Of a DNA stretch of 64,000 nt, positions 17,018-25,141 are shown piece by piece. Where the stretch lies: contig CAZCJX010000006.1 of the NCBI GenBank assembly GCA_964499205.1, forward strand, positions 2,533 through 66,532, given 5' to 3'. The notes below the pieces were generated by a model that worked only from the letters and a program-made list of their open reading frames with translations, made no database searches and was not told the origin of the DNA. This DNA is from an uncultured Actinomycetes bacterium (GTDB lineage Bacteria > Chloroflexota > Dormibacteria > Aeolococcales > Aeolococcaceae). The translations under genes were made by a program, and so were the position numbers. Each line of letters begins with the position of its first letter. The stretch's first letter is position 1.

Positions 17018-19452
17018 CCAGACTGCTGCGGACGCGCGCCTTCGTATTCCAGCACGACGCGCCGCCGGATGTCGCGCGACGACGCGCCGAGCCGCAGCTC
17101 GTAGCGTCCCGGCGGAGCCACCCAATCGAGGACGCCGGGATCCCAGCAGGAGAAGGCACGCTCGTCGAGGTGGATGACGGCGTGCCCCGTCTCGCCCGGA
17201 TCGAGCGTGAGCCTGGCGAAGCCGCGCAGCTCCTGCTCGGGGCGCAGCACCGGACAGGGCCCGGCGGCGACGTAGAGCTGCACGACCTCGCTGCCGCGCC
17301 GCGACCCGGTGTTGGTGACCGGCACCCTGACGACCACGTCGGAGCGGCGCGCCTCGACACGCGGCTCGCCGTACTCGAATGTCGTGTAGCCGAGGCCGTG
17401 CCCGAAGCAGAACGCCGGCTCGGTGCCGTCGCTGTCGAATTGGCGATATCCGACCAGAACTCCCTCCCCGTACTCGACGGCGCCGTCAGCACCGGGGTAG
17501 GTGCGCCAGGCGGCGACGTCCTCCATGCAGCGCGGGAAGGTGACGGGGAGGCGGCCGCCGGGCTCAGCGGCGCCGGTCAGGATGTCGACAAGCGCCGCGG
17601 ACCCCTCTTCGCCGGGGTACCAGGCCATCAGCACCGCGGCAGCCCTGTCCGCCCACGGCATGGCCACCGGCGCTCCGGCGTTGATCACCACGACGGTGCG
17701 CGGGTTGGCCTCGGTGACTCGCCACACCAGCTCGTCCTGCTCGCCGGGCAGAGCCAGGCTGGGCCGGTCGCGGCCCTCCGTCTCGTAGTCCGGGTCGTTG
17801 CCGACGACGACCACGACGGCGTCGGAACGCCGTGCCAGGTCGACCGCGCGGTCGATCCCTCCAGGTGCGGCGAGCGGCCGGGCGCCGATGCTGAACCCGC
17901 TCAGTCCGGGCTGCTCGGACACATAGCGCACCTCGAGCTCGTGCTCGGCGCCGGGCTCGACGTCGATGGGCGCGAACGTCGTCGCGCTGCCGTGGCCGAA
18001 GAAGGTGTCACCTTGCTCCGGAGTCGTGTGGTCGAGCACCAGGCGTCCGTCGAGGTGCACGGTCGCCCTGCCGACTGTCGCCAGAGAGAGCTCCCACGCG
18101 CCGGGGTGTTCGGGCGTGAAACGGCAGCGGGCGCGCACCGAGAAGGGCTCACCGGGGCGGCCGCCCTGCGGCGCGCCGAAGGTGATGAAGAAGCCGCTCC
18201 AGCTCCGCTCCGCATGCACCGGCTCGCCGGCCCACTCGGGGTTGCCGAAGTACTCGAGGGCCATTCCGTCGGGCATGAGGTGCGAGTCGAGCGGTCGCGC
18301 GGCGAGCTCGACGCGGCAGCCTTCCTCGTAGCACACCTCGGCATCGCCAAGCCGCGTGCGCAGCGCGTCGAGAAGCGGGGTGTGCTGCAGCGGCGCCACC
18401 ATCGAGCTGCCGCCGCCTCCCTCCATCAGGTGCTTGGCGTTGGGCCCGATGAGGGCGATGCGCCGTAGCGACGGATCGAGCGGCAGCATGCCGTCGTTGC
18501 GCAGCAGGACGGTGCCCGTGACCGCGATCTCGCGCGCCAGGGCGCGCCGCTCCGGGTCGTCCTCCTCGCGCTCCGGCGATGCCGTGGGCTGGTCGAGGAG
18601 GCCGGTCCGCTCTGCGAGGCGGAGCACGCGGTGGCAGTGGTCGTCGAGGACGGCGCCCTCGACGTCACCGGCGCTGACCGCCGCTGCCAGCTTGGCTCCG
18701 AAGTGCCGCGCGGGTCCCGGCATCTCGACGTCGAGCCCGGCCTTGGCCGCATCGACGGTGCTGTGCGTGCCGCCCCAGTCGGAGATGACGACGCCGTCGA
18801 AGCCCCACTCCTCCTTGAGCACCGTGGTCAGCAGCCAGTCGTGCTCGCCGCAGTACGTGCCGTTGAGCCGGTTGTACGCCGACATCACCGCCCACACGCG
18901 GGCCTCGCGCACCGCCGCCTCGAACGCGGGCAGATGGATCTCGCGCAGGGTGCGCTCATCCACCTGGGCGCTGATGGTCATGCGCTCGCGCTCCTGGTCG
19001 TTGCAGGCGAAGTGCTTGACGCAGCACGCAACGCCGCCCTCCTGCACGCCGCGCACATAGGCCACGGTGAGCCGGGCGGTGAGCAGGGGGTCCTCGGAGA
19101 ACGACTCGAAGGTCCGGCCGCCGAGCGCGATGCGCGGTATGCACACTGTGGGCCCGAGCAGGACGTGCACGCCCTTGAGCTTGGCCTCCGCCGCCAGCGC
19201 GGCACCGTATCGGCCGGTCAGCTCGACGTCCCACGTCGAGCCCACGGCGATGCCGCACGGGAAGGACAGCGAGCGGTGGATGGCGAAGGACTCGCCGCGC
19301 ACGCCGCAAGGGCCGTCGGACATCTTGAGGCGGCCGATGCCGGCGCCGGGAAGCGCTGGCAGGTGCCAGGTGTCGTCGCCGGCGCTGAGCGTGGCTCGCT
19401 CATCGAGGGTGAGCCGCTTCAGCAGCTGTGCCGCGCGATCGGTTGCGGTCAG
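17014..19452 (-). CDS. GH3 beta-glucosidase-like glycosidase with PA14-like insertion and C-terminal Fn3-like domain
   Basis: SDGP.GVRG, GRTFESFSEDP, KHFACNDQE, VISDWGG (nucleophile Asp), ETEGRDR, FGHGLGYTTF. The N-terminus (LKRLTLDERATL...TWH) extends in frame to a CTG at 19452. Confidence 0.92.
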   Translation of the reverse strand: MTATDRAAQLLKRLTLDERATLSAGDDTWHLPALPGAGIGRLKMSDGPCGVRGESFAIHRSLSFPCGIAVGSTWDVELTGRYGAALAAEAKLKGVHVLLGPTVCIPRIALGGRTFESFSEDPLLTARLTVAYVRGVQEGGVACCVKHFACNDQERERMTISAQVDERTLREIHLPAFEAAVREARVWAVMSAYNRLNGTYCGEHDWLLTTVLKEEWGFDGVVISDWGGTHSTVDAAKAGLDVEMPGPARHFGAKLAAAVSAGDVEGAVLDDHCHRVLRLAERTGLLDQPTASPEREEDDPERRALAREIAVTGTVLLRNDGMLPLDPSLRRIALIGPNAKHLMEGGGGSSMVAPLQHTPLLDALRTRLGDAEVCYEEGCRVELAARPLDSHLMPDGMALEYFGNPEWAGEPVHAERSWSGFFITFGAPQGGRPGEPFSVRARCRFTPEHPGAWELSLATVGRATVHLDGRLVLDHTTPEQGDTFFGHGSATTFAPIDVEPGAEHELEVRYVSEQPGLSGFSIGARPLAAPGGIDRAVDLARRSDAVVVVVGNDPDYETEGRDRPSLALPGEQDELVWRVTEANPRTVVVINAGAPVAMPWADRAAAVLMAWYPGEEGSAALVDILTGAAEPGGRLPVTFPRCMEDVAAWRTYPGADGAVEYGEGVLVGYRQFDSDGTEPAFCFGHGLGYTTFEYGEPRVEARRSDVVVRVPVTNTGSRRGSEVVQLYVAAGPCPVLRPEQELRGFARLTLDPGETGHAVIHLDERAFSCWDPGVLDWVAPPGRYELRLGASSRDIRRRVVLEYEGARPQQSG

Positions 19453-19492
19453 GACTGTCTCCTTCTGTGGCGGCGGGTTCGGCGCGGGAAGG

Positions 19493-20407
19493 TCACTGCG
19501 ACGCGATCGCGCAGACGGCCTCAGCGATCAACCGCTGCAGGCGCAGGCCGTGCGCCGCGTCACACGGGTGGGGTGTGCCGGCGACGATCGCCGCGAAATC
19601 CCGGCGGACATTGCCGAGGGTGTCGGCAACGTCATCCCCGCCGGCGCGAAACGAGGCCAGGGAGATGACCCGGTCAGGTGTGTGGACGTCGACGTTCAGC
19701 CCGGTCGCCGGTCGGCTCGCCAGGCTGAGGGCGACGTCACTGACGGCGCCGTTGGCGTGCTCGAGGATCAGCGCAACCCACGACGCCGAGTCGCCCACCG
19801 CGCGCACCGAGCCAGGCACCACCGGTCCCACCGCCGCGTCGAGCATGTCGATGGTGTGCGGCCCGATGTCGAGCAGCGCGCCGTGCTCGTGCCGCCAAGG
19901 GGAGAGGTCGCGCGGCGTCGTCAGCAGCACGTCGGCGAGGAAGGACGCGCGAGCGGCGACGCCGCGGGTGGTGGCGGTCTCTGCGAGAAACGCCCGCGGG
20001 CCCCGTGCGAACCGGTTGGTCAGCAGCACCAGGCTGCCGACTCGAGCCGACCCCACCGCGTCGGCGATCCGCTCGGCGCCGCTGACGTCGAGGGCCAGCG
20101 GTTTGTCGAGGAGCAGGTGCCGGCCGGCCGCCGCAGCCCGTGGCGCCAGCACCGCCTGGACGTCCGGGGGCACCGCGAATGCGACCGCCTCGCTGGCGGC
20201 GATGAGGTCGTCGAGGGATGCGAAGGCCCGGGTGCCATGCGCCGCCGCGAGAGCCTCGGCGGCCTCATACCGGCGCCCCCACACCCCCACCAGCTCCGTC
20301 TCGGGCCCCCCGGTGAGAAGCGGGGCATGGGCGGAGCGTGCCCAGCTGCCGGTACCCACCAGCCCGACGCGCACCGGCGTCCGCCGCGACGCCGCGAGGC
20401 CCGTCAC
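19493..20407 (-). CDS. Gfo/Idh/MocA family oxidoreductase
   Basis: VGLVGTGSWA Rossmann motif, 'HLLLDKPLA', 'GALLDIGPHTID'. Confidence 0.88.
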   Translation of the reverse strand: MTGLAASRRTPVRVGLVGTGSWARSAHAPLLTGGPETELVGVWGRRYEAAEALAAAHGTRAFASLDDLIAASEAVAFAVPPDVQAVLAPRAAAAGRHLLLDKPLALDVSGAERIADAVGSARVGSLVLLTNRFARGPRAFLAETATTRGVAARASFLADVLLTTPRDLSPWRHEHGALLDIGPHTIDMLDAAVGPVVPGSVRAVGDSASWVALILEHANGAVSDVALSLASRPATGLNVDVHTPDRVISLASFRAGGDDVADTLGNVRRDFAAIVAGTPHPCDAAHGLRLQRLIAEAVCAIASQ

Positions 20408-21981
20408 GTGGACAGGGCGGCGGCCTCCCGCTCTCGCAAGAGACGGCGGAGGATCTTGCCCGACGCCGACTTGGGGATCTCCTCGACGAACTCGAGGTGC
20501 CTGATCTTCTTGTAGGGCGCCACGCGCTCGGCGACATACGCCTTGACGGCATCGGCATCGAGCTCGGCGTCACGGCGCACGACGAACGCCTTGGGCACCT
20601 CGCCGGCCTCCTCGTCGGCGACGCCGACGACAGCGGCGTCGCTGATGCCGGGATGCGAGACGAGCACCGCCTCCAGCTCCGCGGGCGCGACCTGCAACCC
20701 CTTGAATTTGATCAGCTCCTTCAGCCGGTCGACGATGCAGAACTCGCCGCGCTCGTCGACGCGGCCGATGTCACCGGTGTGGAAGAAGCCGTCGGAGTCG
20801 ATGCACGCTCGAGTCGCGTCGGGATTGTTGAGGTAGCCCTTCATGACCTGCGGGCCGCGGATCCACAGCTCACCCTCGGCGCCGACGCCGAGCTCCTCGC
20901 CGGTCTCGATGTCGACGATCTTGCACTCGGTGTTGGGCAGCGCAGGACCGATCGAGCCGGGCCGCGGCTCGCTCATCGTGTCGGGCACCGAGTGGGTGAC
21001 CGGGCTGGTCTCGGTCAGCCCGTAGCCCTGGATCATCATGCAGCCGACGCGCGCCGCGCACGCCTGCGCGGTCTCGCCGTCGAGTGGCGCCGCCCCAGAG
21101 AAGGCGAGACGGACGCTGGAGAGGTCGTAATCGGCGACCACCGGCTGCTTGGCGAGCGCCAGCGCAACCGGCGGGACGAGGTACAGGCGCTCGGGGCGAT
21201 GATCCTGGATCGCCTGCAGATACCGCGCCAGGTCGAAGCGCTCCATGGTGTACAAGGTGCCGCCCTGGTACAGGGTGTGGTTCATCAGCACCTGCATGCC
21301 GTAGATGTGGAAGAAGGGCAGGAAGGCGATGATGGCCTCGCCCTCGCGCACGTGGTGGCACGGGCCCATCTGGACGATATTGGCGACCAGGTTGCGGTGG
21401 GTGAGCATCACGCCCTTGGAGAGCCCCGTGGTGCCGCTGGAATAGGGCAGCACGACGACGTCCTCGGCCGGGTCGACGTCGACCCGCGGTGCGTCGCCGT
21501 CGACCATCAGCGAGGAGAGGTCGTCGTCGCCGGCATCACCGCCGATGACGACGACGCGCGCAATCCCCGCAAGCGCCGCCGCCTCCCTCGCCTTCTCCAC
21601 CAGCCCAGGAACGGTGACCAGCATCTGCGCGCGCGCATCGGCGAGCTGGGTTGCGATCTCGCGCGTCGTGTAGACCGGGTTGAGCGTTGTCGTCGCCGCA
21701 CCCGCAAGTGCCACGCCGTGGAAGACGATCGGGTACTCGGGGATGTTGGGCGCGAGAAGCGCGACCACGGCTCCCTTTCCGATGCCCGCAGCCGCAAGCC
21801 CGGCGGCGAGCCGCCGAGCCTGGCGCGCCAGCTCCGCGTAGGTGTAGCTCCGGCCCGTGCTCAGGTCGCTGATGGCCACCGTGTCGCCGAGCCGCTCGGC
21901 ATGACGGAAAACGAACGGCGTCAGGTGGGTCTGGGGGATGGCCAGGTCGGCAAAGGGACTCTTGTGGATCATCGTGCCCAC
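20404..21981 (-). CDS. AMP-binding acyl-CoA ligase, 4-coumarate:CoA ligase-like
   Basis: LPYSSGTTGLSKGV, QGYGLTE, GPQVMKGY, FHTGD, VDRLKELIKFKG, KSASGKILRR. Start may be ATG 21972. Confidence 0.9.
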   Translation of the reverse strand: MGTMIHKSPFADLAIPQTHLTPFVFRHAERLGDTVAISDLSTGRSYTYAELARQARRLAAGLAAAGIGKGAVVALLAPNIPEYPIVFHGVALAGAATTTLNPVYTTREIATQLADARAQMLVTVPGLVEKAREAAALAGIARVVVIGGDAGDDDLSSLMVDGDAPRVDVDPAEDVVVLPYSSGTTGLSKGVMLTHRNLVANIVQMGPCHHVREGEAIIAFLPFFHIYGMQVLMNHTLYQGGTLYTMERFDLARYLQAIQDHRPERLYLVPPVALALAKQPVVADYDLSSVRLAFSGAAPLDGETAQACAARVGCMMIQGYGLTETSPVTHSVPDTMSEPRPGSIGPALPNTECKIVDIETGEELGVGAEGELWIRGPQVMKGYLNNPDATRACIDSDGFFHTGDIGRVDERGEFCIVDRLKELIKFKGLQVAPAELEAVLVSHPGISDAAVVGVADEEAGEVPKAFVVRRDAELDADAVKAYVAERVAPYKKIRHLEFVEEIPKSASGKILRRLLREREAAALST

Positions 21982-21982
21982 G

Positions 21983-22822
21983 TCACCGCGCCGCCGGCGC
22001 GGACGCTCGACTGAACAGCAGCGGGTTGAGCGGCGATGCCGCGAGGTCGCCGGGCTGGAGCCCCGGCATCCAGTCCTGCAGGTCCTGGCGGCGAGGCTCG
22101 CTGTCCGCCGCTCCGACGCGCGTGCCGTCCGCGAAGTAGATCACCGTCATCACGCTTCGCATCAGGTCAGTGTGATTGCCCGGCGCCCGGTGCAGCATCC
22201 AGCCGTCGTGGAAGGTCGCATCGCCGGCGCGCAGGGAGCCGACCGGTTCCACCACGACATCGCCCCGCCGGGTGCGCTCATTGAAGTAGGCCTCCGAGTC
22301 ATCGGAGATCGCACCGCCACGCAGGTCGCGCATGCGGTGTGAGCCGACGGCGAACTCCATGCCGGCGGGAACATCGACCAGCGGCATCCACATGGTGATG
22401 GTGTGGTCGGTGTCGAGCGGCCAGTAGAAGCGGTCCTGGTGCCACGGTGTGAAGCCGCCGCCCGGCTCCTTGTACAAGGCCTGGTCGTGGTACAGGCGGA
22501 CGCCGTCGACGCCCATGAGGTCGGCCGCGATCTTGGCGAAGCGCCGAGCCAGGACGTAGCGGGCGATGTCCTGATCCTCACGCCAGAGGTTGCGAATCTG
22601 GAGGAAGGCGCGCCCGTAGGTGTCGCGCTCCTCCAGCGGTCGGTTCTCGGTGTTGAGGCGCTCCACGGCGGCGTCGAAGATCGGCCGGTAGGCGCTCACC
22701 TCGCCTGGGGAGCAGACGCTCCGCAGGTGGATGAACCCCTTCTCCCGGTACGCCGTCGCCTGCTCGTCGGAGATGGCGAAGTCGGAGGTCAGCTCCGGCA
22801 GGTCCACTTTGGCCCTCTGCAT
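21983..22822 (-). CDS. Phytanoyl-CoA dioxygenase (PhyH) family Fe(II)/2OG enzyme, copy 1
   Basis: TPWHQD (HxD) ... HDGWMLHRAPGN...R; ATG 22822 after GGGAGA. Confidence 0.88.
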   Translation of the reverse strand: MQRAKVDLPELTSDFAISDEQATAYREKGFIHLRSVCSPGEVSAYRPIFDAAVERLNTENRPLEERDTYGRAFLQIRNLWREDQDIARYVLARRFAKIAADLMGVDGVRLYHDQALYKEPGGGFTPWHQDRFYWPLDTDHTITMWMPLVDVPAGMEFAVGSHRMRDLRGGAISDDSEAYFNERTRRGDVVVEPVGSLRAGDATFHDGWMLHRAPGNHTDLMRSVMTVIYFADGTRVGAADSEPRRQDLQDWMPGLQPGDLAASPLNPLLFSRASAPAAR

Positions 22823-22871
22823 CTCATCTCCCTCGACCTGTGGCGGTTGCGGCCACAAGGATGGCCGCTCT

Positions 22872-22885
22872 TGACAACGTTGATA
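22872..22885. promoter_or_regulatory. Putative LacI-family operator 1 (TGACAACGTTGATA)
   Basis: 2 mismatches to TGACAACGTTGTCA; intergenic, upstream of the phyH-4CL-oxidoreductase-GH3 unit. Confidence 0.65.
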
Positions 22886-22932
22886 TAGCCGCTGCCTGCC
22901 TGCCGGCCGCTGAGGTCGACAGGCCAGCCTGG

Positions 22933-23994
22933 TCAGCCGGCCGCATGCGGCCCCCACGCCGGGTCCGGCGGCCGGCAGCGCACCACGTCGAGAGCACCGC
23001 GCAGCACGGCGTCGCCGGCTCCCCAGGGCATCAGGACCGTCATGCCGCGACGCAGCCGCAGCGTGCGACCCTCGGCGTCAGTGAGTTCGCCCTCGCCCTC
23101 GACGACCACCAGCACCGAGAAGCCTGCGTCGAGCGTCACACCCGCTCCGCCCACGATCCACTCGGCGCGGAAGAACTCATCCGCCTCCGCGGGCAGCAGG
23201 CGGCGGCCGCCCCGACCTGGATTGGGGCCACGGAGTCGCCGGAGCCGGTCGGCATCCCAGCCGGAGCGGTCGACGCACCGCAGGGCGACGTCGTAGCCCA
23301 GCTCGAGGTGGCCGTCACGGGCACCGTCGAGCGCATAGCCCTCCCACTCCAGGAGCACGCTCAAGTCGGCGGGCTCCTGCAGCTCGACGATCAGCAGGCC
23401 CTCGCCGATGGCATGCGGCAGGCCGGCGGGCACCAGGACGGCGTCACCGGGCTTGACCGGCAGTCGGTTCATCACCCCGAGCAGCGCGTCGGTGTCCTGC
23501 CGGCGGACCCAGGCGGCGAGCTGGTCGCCGTCGACGGCGCGTCGGAATCCGAGGTAGACCGACGGGTCCTCGCCGGCCGTCTCCACGATCACCCAGGCCT
23601 CGGTCTTGCCGTGGCGGCAGTCGAGGTGGCTGCGCGCGAAGGCGCGGTCCGGATGGCAGTGGACCGGCAGACGCTCGCCCGCGTCGATCAGCTTCACGAG
23701 CAGCTCGGTGTCCACACCGAAGCGGCGGACGTGCGCCGGGCCCAGCCACGCCTCGGGATCGGCGGCCACGGCATCGCGGAGAAGCACGCCACCGTCGAGC
23801 ACGGTCGGTCCCACCGACGGCATCCCGAAGCGGCTCACCGTCGCGGCCACCCAGTCCTCGGGCTGCCGCTCCCCGGCGTCGGCGATCCCGCGCAGCTGCG
23901 AGATGGCTCGGCCACCCCGATAGAAGTGTTCCACGAGGTTGGCGCCGAGCACGATCGGGGCGGACGGGGCCACACTGACAACGTTGTCGGCCAT
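22933..23994 (-). CDS. manA: Class I mannose-6-phosphate isomerase (cupin)
   Basis: LLVKLIDAGERLPVHCHPD, GKTEAW, VPAGLPHAIG, ELQE. Start set at ATG 23994 (GTG 23973 possible) because a promoter lies at 24003-24032. Confidence 0.8.
   Translation of the reverse strand: MADNVVSVAPSAPIVLGANLVEHFYRGGRAISQLRGIADAGERQPEDWVAATVSRFGMPSVGPTVLDGGVLLRDAVAADPEAWLGPAHVRRFGVDTELLVKLIDAGERLPVHCHPDRAFARSHLDCRHGKTEAWVIVETAGEDPSVYLGFRRAVDGDQLAAWVRRQDTDALLGVMNRLPVKPGDAVLVPAGLPHAIGEGLLIVELQEPADLSVLLEWEGYALDGARDGHLELGYDVALRCVDRSGWDADRLRRLRGPNPGRGGRRLLPAEADEFFRAEWIVGGAGVTLDAGFSVLVVVEGEGELTDAEGRTLRLRRGMTVLMPWGAGDAVLRGALDVVRCRPPDPAWGPHAAG
23976..23989. promoter_or_regulatory. Putative LacI-family operator 2 (TGACAACGTTGTCG)
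   Basis: 1 mismatch; between divergent manA and lacI, 14 nt downstream of the manA -10. Confidence 0.75.
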
Positions 23995-24002
23995 GGCCGA
24001 GG

Positions 24003-24032
24003 AGTGTGCCATGGCCAGCCGGGAGCCGTCAA
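24003..24032 (-). promoter_or_regulatory. Putative manA promoter
   Basis: TTGACG-N18-CACACT on the minus strand; places the TSS at about the ATG 23994 (leaderless candidate). Confidence 0.5.
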
Positions 24033-24127
24033 CACCAGCGCCGCCGGGCTCCGTCATGGCGAATCCCATTGGCGGGTGTGGCACAGTCACCGGAAGCTAT
24101 CGCGGGACCAGGGGATGAGGAGGCACA

Positions 24128-25141
24128 GTGACGAGCGGTGCACGGCAGGGAAGGGTGATGTCGGGTCGCCCGACGATGCGTCACGTCGCCGAGGCGGCGG
24201 GTGTGAGCATCAAGACGGTGTCCCGCGTCGTCAACGGCGAGAACGGCGTTGCCGTCGCCACGGCGGCGCGCGTCATGGAGATGATCAGGCAGCTCGACTT
24301 CCAGCCCAACGAGCTCGCCCGCAGCCTGCGCCCCGGCCGCGCCTCGGCGACGCTGGGACTGGTCATCGGCGACATCTCCAACCCCTTCTACGCAACCATG
24401 GCCCGCGCCATCGAGGCGGTGGCGCGCAGCCACCAGTACCTGCTGGTCACCGGGAGCAACGACGAGGACCCCGCCGTGGAGGAGGACCTCATCCTTGCCT
24501 TCTGCCGCCGGCGCATGGAGGGGCTGATCGTCGTGCCGACCGGTGACGACCTCGGGTACATTCGCCGCGAGGCATTGGCGGGGACGCATTTCGTGTTCGT
24601 CGACCGGCGCCCGGCGCGTCCGGACGGGGACAGCGTGGTGATCGACAACGTCCGCGGCGCGCAGCTCGCCGTGGAGCACCTCGTCGCCCAGGGACATCGC
24701 CGTATCGCAATGCTCGGAGACGAGCCGCGGCTGGGGACCATGGCGGAGCGGCTCGAAGGCTATCGCACGGCCATGCACGCCGCCGGTCTCGCGGTCACCG
24801 ACGACATCCTGCTCCTCAGGCACCACAGTGCCGCCAGCGCCGAGACGGCAGTTCGCGTCGCCCTCGGACTGCCCGACCCGCCCACCGCCTTCTTCGCCTT
24901 CAACAACCTGCTCATGCTCGGCGCCGTGCGCGCGGCGCGCGCCACCGGCCGTGACATCGGCATCGTGGCCTTCGACGACTTCGACTTCTCCGACATGCTT
25001 CCCATGCAGGTCGGCATCATCCGCAACGACGCCACGGAGATGGGGCGGCAGGCCGCTGAGCTGCTGTTCGCGCGGCTGCAGGGCGACACGCGGCCGCCGC
25101 AGCACGTCGTGCTGCCCGTCGAGCTGGTGATGCGCGGCTAG
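24128..25141 (+). CDS. LacI family transcriptional regulator
   Basis: HTH TMRHVAEAAGVSIKTVSRVVNG, hinge PNELARSL, sugar-binding domain (DISNPFY, IDNVRGA, AFDD). Start GTG 24128 (AGGAGG SD) or ATG 24158. Confidence 0.95.
   Translation: MTSGARQGRVMSGRPTMRHVAEAAGVSIKTVSRVVNGENGVAVATAARVMEMIRQLDFQPNELARSLRPGRASATLGLVIGDISNPFYATMARAIEAVARSHQYLLVTGSNDEDPAVEEDLILAFCRRRMEGLIVVPTGDDLGYIRREALAGTHFVFVDRRPARPDGDSVVIDNVRGAQLAVEHLVAQGHRRIAMLGDEPRLGTMAERLEGYRTAMHAAGLAVTDDILLLRHHSAASAETAVRVALGLPDPPTAFFAFNNLLMLGAVRAARATGRDIGIVAFDDFDFSDMLPMQVGIIRNDATEMGRQAAELLFARLQGDTRPPQHVVLPVELVMRG

Noticed and set aside
16521-17492. 323-aa minus-strand ORF as an intact gene
   Set aside because: Mostly an alternate frame of GH3; only a short esterase-like fragment is meaningful.
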